From: Dehalococcoidia bacterium
GTDB taxonomy: Bacteria > Chloroflexota > Dehalococcoidia > UBA2979
NCBI GenBank assembly: GCA_965262725.1
Contig: OZ253555.1
Location: 2,752,001-2,816,000, forward strand
Reading direction: 5' to 3'
DNA: 64,000 nt
Made by a program: the position numbers and the translations under genes. Below, piece after piece: positions 30,223 through 40,443 of this stretch (within the stretch, counting starts at the first letter, position 1; the number at the start of each line of letters is the position of its first letter). Under the pieces are notes generated by a model. It ran no database searches, was not told the DNA's origin, and saw only the letters and a program-made list of their open reading frames with translations.

Positions 30223-31011
30223 CTAGCGCGGCGCGCCGGCGAGCCCTTCCTCCGCCTCCTCCCTCATCTCGGTCAACACGTAACCGGAGAGGAAATCGTG
30301 CGGAAGCGCGTCGGCCGGAAGCGGCTCGACCCGGACACGGAGCAGCTGCTGCAGGAGCAGCCGGTCGTGCGCACAGTCGTTCGCCGGGAGTTCCTCGGGG
30401 AACCCAGCGGTCCGGGCCCGGACGCGACCGGAGGCGGCCACGCGGCGGCAGGGACAGCCGCGACCCAGGATGCGCAGCCCCGCTGGCGCCTCGGCGCCGG
30501 GCCGGCCGAGGTCCACCTCGAAGTCGATCCCCTCCTCAGAGAGGAGCGCGACACAGGAGAGCGCCCGCTCCTCGAGCGTGCGTCCGACCACGCGCGGCGC
30601 GCACTCCGCGGCAAGCCGATCGGCGAGCTTAGAGAAGACCAGTTCCGCGAGATCGCGGCCGTCGCGGCCCGCGGTCTCGGCGGGGGAGAGCGCGACGATC
30701 TCCTCGAGCAGCCGCTGCGTGAGCCGGATGTAGTGGTGGGGGGCGGCGTCGGCGCCTGCCTCGGTAATCGAGAAGGCGTAGCGCGGGCGCCCCGGGCCGC
30801 TCCGCACCTGCGTCACGGAGATGAAGCCGTCCCGGAGCAGGACGTCGAGATGACGGCGGACCGTGGCGCCCGCGAGACCGAGCTCGCGCGCCAGTTGATC
30901 GACGGAGACGCCGTCCTCGCGGCGGAGGATCCCGAGTATCGCTTCTCGCGTGCCCTCGACACGCGGAGTCATTCCGCGGGCGGGCGTGGGGATCCCCGGA
31001 GAGTGCGCCAT
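30223..31011 (-). CDS. Second SufR-like wHTH regulator
   Basis: TREAIL…TVRRHLDVLLRDG…GRPRY wHTH; C-terminal CPC…DCAHD; start 31011 or 30972. Confidence 0.8.
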   Translation of the reverse strand: MAHSPGIPTPARGMTPRVEGTREAILGILRREDGVSVDQLARELGLAGATVRRHLDVLLRDGFISVTQVRSGPGRPRYAFSITEAGADAAPHHYIRLTQRLLEEIVALSPAETAGRDGRDLAELVFSKLADRLAAECAPRVVGRTLEERALSCVALLSEEGIDFEVDLGRPGAEAPAGLRILGRGCPCRRVAASGRVRARTAGFPEELPANDCAHDRLLLQQLLRVRVEPLPADALPHDFLSGYVLTEMREEAEEGLAGAPR

Positions 31012-31020
31012 GGCCGGGCG

Positions 31021-31050
31021 ATCGTATTGCCGCTCGCCCCGGGGCGTCAA
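31021..31050 (-). promoter_or_regulatory. Sigma-A-like promoter for the sufR2-iscA unit
   Basis: TTGACG (31050-45), 18 nt, TACGAT (31026-21). Confidence 0.5.
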
Positions 31051-31145
31051 AGTTTCTCTCGTTGGGAGCGAAAAACATTCGTCAGCGCACGCCCCCGAGG
31101 CGCTGCGGTAGGCTCGGGGGAACGCGTGACCGGCCGGGAGGGCCG

Positions 31146-32378
31146 ATGACTGCCGAGAGCCGCGTCTACCTCGACCACGCCGCCACCACGCCGGTGGATC
31201 CGGGCGTGGTCGAGGCAATGCTCCCCTATCTTCGCGAGCGCTGGCACAACCCCTCCTCGATCTACGTGGAGGCACAAGCCGCGCGGCGCGCGCTTGACGA
31301 CGCGCGCGAGACAGTCGCCCGGGCGATCGGCGCCGACAGCAGCGAAGTGATCTTCACCTCGGGCGGATCCGAGGCGAACGCGCTCGCGCTGCGGGGCGTG
31401 CTGGAGGCGAGCCGCGCACGCGGGCGCCACATTGTGACGAGCGCGGTCGAGCATCACTCCGTGCTCGACACCGCCGAGCAGATGGAGCGCGCAGGGGACG
31501 CGGAGGTGACCGTGGTCGGCGTCGATCGCGAGGGTTGCGTCGATCCCGCCGCCGTCTCAGACGCCGTTAGGGACGACACAGTCCTAGTCTCCGTGATGCA
31601 CGCGAACAACGAGGTCGGGGCGCTCAACGACATCGCCGCCGTCGCGGACGCCGTCCGCGAGCGCGCGCCGGGCGCCGTAGTGCACACCGACGCGGTCCAG
31701 TCGGCGGCGCATCTCGGCTTCTTTCCGGGAGGGGTCGATGTCGAGAGGCTCGGGGTCGACCTGCTGACCCTGACCGCCCACAAGCTCTACGGACCGCGCG
31801 GGGCGGCGGCGCTCTACGTCCGGGCGGGGACGCCCGTTGCCCCGCAGATACTGGGCGGCGCGCAGGAGCGCCGCCTGCGCGCCGGCACGGAGGACACGCC
31901 TGCCATCATCGGGCTCGCCGCCGCCGTCCGGCTCGCCGCCGAGCGCCGCGAAGCCGATCTCTCTCACGAGCGGGCGCTGCAGGAGCGGCTGCTCGCCGAG
32001 CTCCCGCGGAGGGTCCCCCTGCTCGCGATCACGGGTCCGCGGGATCTCCAGCGGCGGCTGCCCGGATCTGTCTCCTGCGTGGTCGGCTTCGTGGAGGGCG
32101 AGTCGATCCTGCTCGCGCTCGACCTCGCCGGAATCGCCGCCTCCTCCGGCTCCGCCTGCACGACCGGCTCGGTCGAGCCCTCCCACGTCTTGCTGGCGAT
32201 GGGGCTCCCCCCCGACCTCGCCCGGGGCTCACTGCGCTTCACCGTCGGCCGCGGCAACGACGAGGCGGACGTCGAGCGATTGCTCAATACGCTGCCCCGC
32301 ATCGTCGAGCGGTTGCGTGCCCTCTCGCCCGTGCCGACCGCCGAACCGCCCGACGACTGGCGCTCCTGGCTCACATGA
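31146..32378 (+). CDS. iscS: Cysteine desulfurase, IscS/NifS type
   Basis: [31 protein letters not shown] (group I), SLRF. Confidence 0.93.
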   Translation: MTAESRVYLDHAATTPVDPGVVEAMLPYLRERWHNPSSIYVEAQAARRALDDARETVARAIGADSSEVIFTSGGSEANALALRGVLEASRARGRHIVTSAVEHHSVLDTAEQMERAGDAEVTVVGVDREGCVDPAAVSDAVRDDTVLVSVMHANNEVGALNDIAAVADAVRERAPGAVVHTDAVQSAAHLGFFPGGVDVERLGVDLLTLTAHKLYGPRGAAALYVRAGTPVAPQILGGAQERRLRAGTEDTPAIIGLAAAVRLAAERREADLSHERALQERLLAELPRRVPLLAITGPRDLQRRLPGSVSCVVGFVEGESILLALDLAGIAASSGSACTTGSVEPSHVLLAMGLPPDLARGSLRFTVGRGNDEADVERLLNTLPRIVERLRALSPVPTAEPPDDWRSWLT

Positions 32379-32431
32379 GAGCCGACCGCGTCCCCGCCGC
32401 GGGATGCCGCGGTGGGGCGTGGTCGGCTCGT

Positions 32432-32460
32432 TTGCCGGGCCCCCGCTGGGCGACTACGAT
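32432..32460 (+). promoter_or_regulatory. Sigma-A-like promoter of nuoB, probably leaderless
   Basis: TTGCCG (32432-37), 17 nt, TACGAT (32455-60), 7 nt, ATG 32468; no SD sequence. Confidence 0.55.
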
Positions 32461-32467
32461 CGCGCGC

Positions 32468-33139
32468 ATGGTGGAGTCCGCTGCCCTCCCGCTCGCGGAC
32501 GGCGAGCAGATAGCATCACTGCACCTCGAGGAGGAGGTTCGCAAGAACATCCTGCTGAGTTCCGTGGACGGCGTCCTGAACTGGGCCCGGTCGTCCTCGC
32601 TGTGGCCGGTCACGTTCGGGCTCGCCTGCTGCGCGATCGAAATGATCGCGACGGCCACCTCGCGCTACGACATCGCGCGCTTCGGCTCGGAAGTCTTCCG
32701 CGCGTCGCCCCGCCAGGCCGACCTGATGATCGTGGCGGGCACGGTCACCTGGAAGATGGCGCCGGCCGTCCGCCGCATCTACCTGCAGATGGCGGAGCCG
32801 CGGTGGGTGATCTCGATGGGGGGCTGCGCGATCATGGGGGGCCCCTTCGCCTACGCCTACTCGGTGCTACCGGGCGTCAACCTGATCTGTCCCGTCGATG
32901 TCTACGTCCCGGGCTGCCCGCCGCGGCCGGAGTCGCTGCTCGAGGGGCTGATGCTGCTGCAGGACCGCATCCGCCACGCCGAGCAGGGCGGCGAGCGCCG
33001 CCGACCCGAGCCCGACGGCGACTTCTCGCGCTACCTACCGGACGGCGATCCGCTTCGCCGCGAACTGGAGTCGCTCTTCCCGCCGTTCGAGGGCCTGGAC
33101 GATCCCACGCGCCTCTCCGGAGGCGTCGCGCTCCGCTAG
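32468..33139 (+). CDS. nuoB: NADH-quinone oxidoreductase subunit B, orphan copy
   Basis: [34 protein letters not shown]; all four N2 cluster Cys present. Confidence 0.93.
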   Translation: MVESAALPLADGEQIASLHLEEEVRKNILLSSVDGVLNWARSSSLWPVTFGLACCAIEMIATATSRYDIARFGSEVFRASPRQADLMIVAGTVTWKMAPAVRRIYLQMAEPRWVISMGGCAIMGGPFAYAYSVLPGVNLICPVDVYVPGCPPRPESLLEGLMLLQDRIRHAEQGGERRRPEPDGDFSRYLPDGDPLRRELESLFPPFEGLDDPTRLSGGVALR

Positions 33140-34532
33140 CAGGGTTGTGATTTTCTCCCTGGGTGCCCGGAGCATGGCCGGCGGTGCCCCGCGGGTGCAA
33201 CAAACGCCCCCGGTAGCTGTCAGAAGCCCCAGGTAGTGGTCGACTGTAACTGATAAGACGAGTATACTAACGATCATACAAGAGGGACCCCCACGAGGGA
33301 GGATATCGATGCGAGGACAGAGCGAGGACCAGGGCCGCGCCACTCTCACCTGCCCGGAGATGTTCGTCCCCAGCGACCACCCGCTCCGACGCATCAAGCC
33401 CATCGTCGACCGGGCGCTCGCCAATCTCTCCCCGCGCTTCGACGGTCTCTACAGCGAGTCCGGGCGACCGTCGATTCCGCCCGAGACGCTGCTCAAGTCG
33501 ACACTCCTCATCGCCTTCTTCTCGATTCGTAGCGAGAGCCAGTTCTGCGAGCGGCTGCGGTCCGACATGGCGTTCAAGTGGTTCCTCGACCTCCCGGGAG
33601 ACCCCGGTTCCTTCGACCGCTCCACGTTCTCGAAGAACCGCTCCCGGCTCCTTGACGGCGACATCGCCCGGGGGTTCTTCGAGGAAGTCGTGAGGGAGGC
33701 GAGGGAGCGGAACCTGCTGTCCGAGGAGCACTTCACGGTCGACGGGTCGCAGCTCGAGGCGTGGGCGTCGCACAAGAGCTACCGGTCACGCGACGAGCAG
33801 GACGGGGACAAGCCTGCGGGCCGCAATCCGGACGTCGACTTCCGCGGCGAGCGCCGGCACCGGGACACCCACGTCAGCACGACCGATCCCGGCGCGCACC
33901 TGTACCGGAAGGGGAACGGGCAGGCGGCGCGCCCGAGCTACATCGGGCATGTGATGACGGAGAACCGCAACGGGCTCATCGTCGACGTCGAGCTCACGAC
34001 GGCGCACGGGCGGGCGGAGCGGGATGCGGCGCTGGCCATGGCCGAGCGCAGCCTGACACCGGGGGCGACGCTGGGCGCCGACAAGGGATACGACGCGAAG
34101 CACTTCGTGGAGGGGCTGTGCGAACTCGGGGTCGTGCCGCACGTGGCACGGCGAGCGAAGCACAGCGCCATCCCCGAGGAGGTGGCGCAGACGCCCGGCT
34201 ACGAGGTGAGTCAGCGCCGGCGCAAGATGGTGGAGGAGAGCTTCGGGTGGCTGAAGACCGTGGGGGGCGGGCGCAAGCTCCGCTACATCGGCGAACAGGT
34301 CAACGGTTTCTGGATGGAGATGGGCGCTGCCGCGTACAACCTGGTGCGCGTGGCCAATATCGACGCCGCGCTGTCACGGGCGTAGTGCGCCCGGAGTAGG
34401 TCCCGGGGCGCCCGGACGGGCTGAGAGAGCCCCGGAGGGGGCCAGAATCGGCCCCGAAATGACGCCGCATACGCCCTCTTGGCGGTGATTCGCTCCGTGG
34501 CCGCGCCAAAGGGGGCCTTTTTCCCGACCCTG
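33140..34532 (+). mobile_element. IS5-family insertion sequence (1393 bp) with CTAG target-site duplication
   Basis: CTAG at 33136-39 and 34533-36; ends CAGGGTTGTGA and (reverse complement) CAGGGTCGGGA match 9/11; single transposase. Confidence 0.88.
33309..34385 (+). CDS. IS5 family DDE transposase
   Basis: DHPLRRIK, GRPSIPPE (DUF772-like); catalytic TVDGS, GADKGYD, RKMVEESFGWLK; GGAGG RBS. Confidence 0.93.
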   Translation: MRGQSEDQGRATLTCPEMFVPSDHPLRRIKPIVDRALANLSPRFDGLYSESGRPSIPPETLLKSTLLIAFFSIRSESQFCERLRSDMAFKWFLDLPGDPGSFDRSTFSKNRSRLLDGDIARGFFEEVVREARERNLLSEEHFTVDGSQLEAWASHKSYRSRDEQDGDKPAGRNPDVDFRGERRHRDTHVSTTDPGAHLYRKGNGQAARPSYIGHVMTENRNGLIVDVELTTAHGRAERDAALAMAERSLTPGATLGADKGYDAKHFVEGLCELGVVPHVARRAKHSAIPEEVAQTPGYEVSQRRRKMVEESFGWLKTVGGGRKLRYIGEQVNGFWMEMGAAAYNLVRVANIDAALSRA

Positions 34533-34578
34533 CTAGAGGCGCGCCCACCGCGTCCCGGCCGCTTCCGTCCCCCGGCGG

Positions 34579-34899
34579 CTACTCCCGGGGCGTCTCGCCG
34601 ATGTCGTAGTCGACTCCGGAAAGCGACTCCACAACCGGCGTGAGGACCTTCTCGACCATCTCGCGGTGGGCCGCGCTCTCCTCGTAGTCGCGATAGGCCT
34701 TGTAGGTGCGGAAATCGATGGTAACGACCCAGTTGTAGCGCGTGGATCGGCGCGATTCAGAGATATTCCGGCCCATCGAGAGGCTCACCCAGCCGTCTGG
34801 ATCCGCTGCTTGCATTGCCTCATAGCTCGAGCGAACAGCCTCGACTTGCTCCTCGCTGGTGTCGTCCTTGAACCGGAAACTGTAGATGTGTCGCCGCAC
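34579..34899 (-). CDS. Dabb family (stress-responsive A/B barrel) protein
   Basis: RHIYSFRFK, GRNI, IDF…Y…HRE, VDY pattern; GGAGG near GTG 34899. Confidence 0.8.
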   Translation of the reverse strand: MRRHIYSFRFKDDTSEEQVEAVRSSYEAMQAADPDGWVSLSMGRNISESRRSTRYNWVVTIDFRTYKAYRDYEESAAHREMVEKVLTPVVESLSGVDYDIGETPRE

Positions 34900-35136
34900 G
34901 CCTCCCCCTCGCCTCCGCCGTATCCGCGCCGGGCCGACCCGCAGTCTACCGCGCCCCACCGGGGCGGAAGGCCCGGGCGGCGTGGCCGGATTTGACACGC
35001 GCACGGCCCGGCCGCCACGATCCGGCCGGCCGCGCGCGGCGAGACGGGGCAGGCCGGGCCGGCGGTCCCCTCCACCCGTGTCGCGCGCCACCCGTCGCCC
35101 GCGCGCCTGTCGGCGCCCAGCACTGAGGAGTCTCCC

Positions 35137-35577
35137 GTGAACCCTGTCCGTCTCGCCTCCAGCGTCCTGCAGATCGTGCGCCCGCCCTCAATCGGCCATG
35201 CCCACTGCGACATCCCCTGCGGCATCTACGATCCACACGCCGCGCAGCTGGGGGCCGAGACCGTCGAGAAGATGATGGCGCTGATTGCCGACCTCGGAGG
35301 CGATGTCTCCGGCGTCACGGCTGCCAACTCGATGTCACGCTACGTCACCGTGAAGGAGGAGCACGCCGAACTCGTCAAGCACGAGGTGCGCATCATCTGG
35401 GGCGACTACTTCAAGCCGCCGCACGTCGAGCAGTTCCCCGATCTGCACGACAAGGTCTGGAACATCATGAAGCTCGCCGCCGCCTGCAAGCAGGGGACGA
35501 GCGTCGATGACGCCCGGGCACTGCGCGCCGCCGTCGACGAATTCGCCGAGATGTTCTGGGCGACCAAGCAAGGCTAG
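35137..35577 (+). CDS. sodN: Nickel superoxide dismutase precursor
   Basis: Pro-peptide ending GHA, then Ni-hook HCDIPCGIYDP; IWGDYFKP; FWATK. Confidence 0.96.
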   Translation: MNPVRLASSVLQIVRPPSIGHAHCDIPCGIYDPHAAQLGAETVEKMMALIADLGGDVSGVTAANSMSRYVTVKEEHAELVKHEVRIIWGDYFKPPHVEQFPDLHDKVWNIMKLAAACKQGTSVDDARALRAAVDEFAEMFWATKQG

Positions 35578-35625
35578 CCGGGGACGGGCGCTCCACCGAG
35601 GCGCCGGGGCGCGAGTCGGCCCGCC

Positions 35626-36216
35626 GTGCTGCGCGCACGCCTACTGGGGGCGGCGCTCACGGGGGCGGTGCTCGCTGCTGCGCTCGGCCGCCTCGCACGC
35701 CGCCGTCTCTACCGCGTCGAGGTGCAGGGCGAGTCGATGCGACCCACCCTCGAGCCCGGCGACTGGCTGTTGCTCCGGCGCGGCGTGCCGTCGGCGGATC
35801 TGCTGGCGAGTGGCGACGCCTACGGCCTCGTGGTCGCGGCGCACTCCCCCTCCGGCCGGCTTCTGCTCAAGCGCATCGTCGGCCTACCAGGCGAATCGCT
35901 CCGCGCCGGCGCCACGGTGCATGTGAACGGCCGCGAACTCGATGAGCCCTACGCCTCCGGGGAGGCGCCCCGGTCGAGTTACCGAGGCGTCTCCCGCCTA
36001 GGGCCGGGATCACTCTTGCTGCTCGGCGACCGGCGCGATCAGAGCACAGACAGCCGCGACTTCGGACCGCTGGACGTCTCCTCGGTTGAGGGCGTGGTGC
36101 TCGCGCGCTACTGGCCGCCACACCGCATCGGGCGGCTACGCCACCCACCCCGGAGCTGGAGCGCGGGGGGAGGCCCGTGGCGGGAGGTCGGCAGACCCGC
36201 CAGCGCGGATCCGTAG
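35626..36216 (+). CDS. sodX: S26 family peptidase, NiSOD maturation protease
   Basis: GESMRPTL, LKRIVGLPG, LGD…STDSRDFG; directly downstream of sodN. Confidence 0.85.
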   Translation: MLRARLLGAALTGAVLAAALGRLARRRLYRVEVQGESMRPTLEPGDWLLLRRGVPSADLLASGDAYGLVVAAHSPSGRLLLKRIVGLPGESLRAGATVHVNGRELDEPYASGEAPRSSYRGVSRLGPGSLLLLGDRRDQSTDSRDFGPLDVSSVEGVVLARYWPPHRIGRLRHPPRSWSAGGGPWREVGRPASADP

Positions 36217-36379
36217 AAGGCGACGTCCCGGGACCCGGCCTCCGGGGAGCGGCGGCAGGGGCATGAGCCCTCCGGCTCATCCGGCTCCGCCCCCTCCGCG
36301 CGGCCCGAGGTACCGCCTGCCGCCAGCGAGGCGAGCCCGATACCCATCCGCCCGCCGACGCGCCGCCCCTCCCAGCCGC

Positions 36380-38139
<1,760 letters not shown>

Positions 38140-38166
38140 GCTCCGCCGCCGCAAGCGGCATGACGA

Positions 38167-38196
38167 CGAAAGGCCGGCCACGTGGCCGGCCTTTCG
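38167..38196. terminator. Bidirectional hairpin terminator between convergent groEL and MFS genes
   Basis: Perfect palindrome CGAAAGGCCGGCCA-CG-TGGCCGGCCTTTCG. Confidence 0.8.
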
Positions 38197-38218
38197 CGTT
38201 GGGGCCAGCGCGTGACCG

Positions 38219-39712
38219 CTACGCCGTGAACCACCAGCGCCGGCCTCCCTCCGCGGGGACGACCGCTCCGCGTTCCGGCGGCCGGCCGAGCATCGTGCAG
38301 AGCGCGGCGGCCACCACCAAGACCGCGGCCGCCGCGAGGAAGATCTCGCGGAAGGTATCGACCTGCGCCGCCCGCACGAGATCCTCGAAGTCAGGCGACC
38401 CGAACTCAACCGTGCCGGCGCGCGCGTAGAAGCGGCCGAGTCCGCTCGAGGTCAGCACCGCTGCACCGACCAGCATTCCGGCGACGCGCGCCAGCGTCAG
38501 CCACGCGGCCGCCGTCGCCCGCTCCCCCTCGCCCACGCGCGAGAGCACGGCGCTCGCGAGCGGCGCCAGTACGAGCCCGAAGCCGAGGCCGGCCACCAGC
38601 TGGGGCGCGCTGCGCAGCGGCTCGCCCAGCCCCTCGTCCCACGCCGCGAGCGCTCCCACGCCGGCGGCCGCGAGCAGCATCCCCAGAGCGGCGAGCGTGC
38701 GGAGATCGGCGCGCGCCGCAAGCCAGCCGCCGGCGAGCGCGCCCACCGGCACGGCGGCGGTCAGACGCAGCAGCGTGATCCCGCCGGCGAGCGGTCCCTC
38801 CGCCAGCACCAGGTTCACGAAGAGCGGGACGCCGATCAGGACCGTGATCAGCGCCATGCCGGCGAGAAGCGTCGCCGCCTCCGCCGCCAAGATGGTGCGC
38901 TCGGCCAGCATCGCCGGGCGCACCAGCGGGACGGGCGTGTTCAGCTCGCGCCAGGCGAAGGCCGCGGCGGCCGCGGCGGCCGCGGCGAGCAACGCGACCG
39001 TCGCGGGGAGAGCGCGCGGGTTCAGGGGGTCGTCCGCAAGCGTGACGGTGAGCACCGCGAGCGCCGCGCCCAGAAGCGCCGCCCCCCACCAGTCGACGCC
39101 GCCCGACCGTCGCTCGTGCGTGGCCAGGCGCCAGGCTGCAAAGGCGAGCGGCACGGCCATCGGCAGGTTGATCCAGAACACGGCGCGCCAGTGGAGCCAG
39201 TCGGCGATGGCCCCGCCCCAGAGCGGGCCGACCAGTGCGCCCGCCTCGGAGGCGGCGGCGATGGCCCCCAGACCCGGCGCACGCGCGCGGGCCGGCAGCT
39301 CGCGAATGACAATCGCCATCGCCACCGGCACCACGGCGCCGCCCCCCACCGCCTGCAGGGAGCGGGCGACGACGAGGAACTCCAGCCCGGGCGCCACCGC
39401 CACCAGCACGCTCCCGACAGAAAACAGCAGCAGCGATGCGGCGTAGATCCGGCCGGCGCCGTAGACATCGGCGACACGCCCCATCACCGGCAGCGCGACG
39501 AGGTAGCCCAGCAGGTAGCCGTTGATGATCCAGGAACTGCGGTAGAACTCGTCGGCCGTTATGTCCAGATCGGGGATCATCAGCGGAAGCACGGTGACGA
39601 CCGAGGTCTGGTCGTCCGCGGCGATGAAGACGCCCGCGGTCACGACCACGAGCAGCCAGCGTCCCCGTGCCGCCGAGGCCGGGGGCTCCTCGGCACGGCG
39701 CGCGGGCTTCAC
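38219..39712 (-). CDS. MFS transporter, DHA2 (14 TM), P55/Rv1410c-like
   Basis: DDQTSVVTVL, YLLGYLVALPVMGRVADVYG, WRAVFWINLP; downstream of an LppX/LprAFG-like lipoprotein. Confidence 0.85.
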   Translation of the reverse strand: MKPARRAEEPPASAARGRWLLVVVTAGVFIAADDQTSVVTVLPLMIPDLDITADEFYRSSWIINGYLLGYLVALPVMGRVADVYGAGRIYAASLLLFSVGSVLVAVAPGLEFLVVARSLQAVGGGAVVPVAMAIVIRELPARARAPGLGAIAAASEAGALVGPLWGGAIADWLHWRAVFWINLPMAVPLAFAAWRLATHERRSGGVDWWGAALLGAALAVLTVTLADDPLNPRALPATVALLAAAAAAAAAFAWRELNTPVPLVRPAMLAERTILAAEAATLLAGMALITVLIGVPLFVNLVLAEGPLAGGITLLRLTAAVPVGALAGGWLAARADLRTLAALGMLLAAAGVGALAAWDEGLGEPLRSAPQLVAGLGFGLVLAPLASAVLSRVGEGERATAAAWLTLARVAGMLVGAAVLTSSGLGRFYARAGTVEFGSPDFEDLVRAAQVDTFREIFLAAAAVLVVAAALCTMLGRPPERGAVVPAEGGRRWWFTA

Positions 39713-39732
39713 CCGCCCGGCGCCCTTCTCCC

Positions 39733-40443
39733 TCAGCGCGGCGCCTCGATCGTGAAGGTCCCGCCGACGTCGGAGATCTCGAGGCGGCGCACGATCTCCT
39801 CGTCCTCGAACGCCGACGCCGCGCCGAGTATCTCCACGCGGCGAACGAGCTCGTCGTCGACCCCGACCCAGGCCCGAGCGACGAGCGTGCGTCCCGCCTC
39901 CGCCCCGGGCACGAGCAGGCCGAGGTCAGCCGACTCCACGCTCGCTTCGACGCGGTAGACGGCGGCCCCGCCGACGCTCTCGCGTCCGGTCACGCGGGCG
40001 CCGCTCGCCGCGCGCATCAGCGCGGTCACCCCGCCGGCCGGGTCGAAGATCGACTCGAGCGTGATGTCCTCGCGCTCCCACCGCCCGGTGAGGGGGTTGG
40101 TGATCCAGCCCTCCCCGTCGACGATGCGGATCTCGATGTCGACGGCCAGCGGGCCGGCGCGGGCGCGGACCTCGGCGCGCAGGCTCTCCGAGCCAACGAC
40201 CTCCCCCTCGGCGCTTTCCATCAGGAGCCCGCGTGCAATCTCGGTCGCGCCGTTTTCGTGCGTGAGGGCGAAGCGGAAGCTCTCGATCCGCTCCATGCGG
40301 TCGGCCGCACGCCCGAGCAGCGCCTCGGCATCAATGGCGGCGAACTCCGCCTTCCCCGCATCGTCGCCGCCGGGGGAGCAGGCGGCCGCGGCGAGGAGCG
40401 CGAGCCCCCCCGCGAGCGCCAGCGCGCGCGCCCGGCCACGCAT
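39733..40443 (-). CDS. LppX/LprAFG (LolA-like fold) lipoprotein
   Basis: LAAAAC lipobox; ITNPLTGRW, FDPAGGV, GRESVGG, WVGVDDELVRRV segments typical of the family (by eye). Confidence 0.75.
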   Translation of the reverse strand: MRGRARALALAGGLALLAAAACSPGGDDAGKAEFAAIDAEALLGRAADRMERIESFRFALTHENGATEIARGLLMESAEGEVVGSESLRAEVRARAGPLAVDIEIRIVDGEGWITNPLTGRWEREDITLESIFDPAGGVTALMRAASGARVTGRESVGGAAVYRVEASVESADLGLLVPGAEAGRTLVARAWVGVDDELVRRVEILGAASAFEDEEIVRRLEISDVGGTFTIEAPR

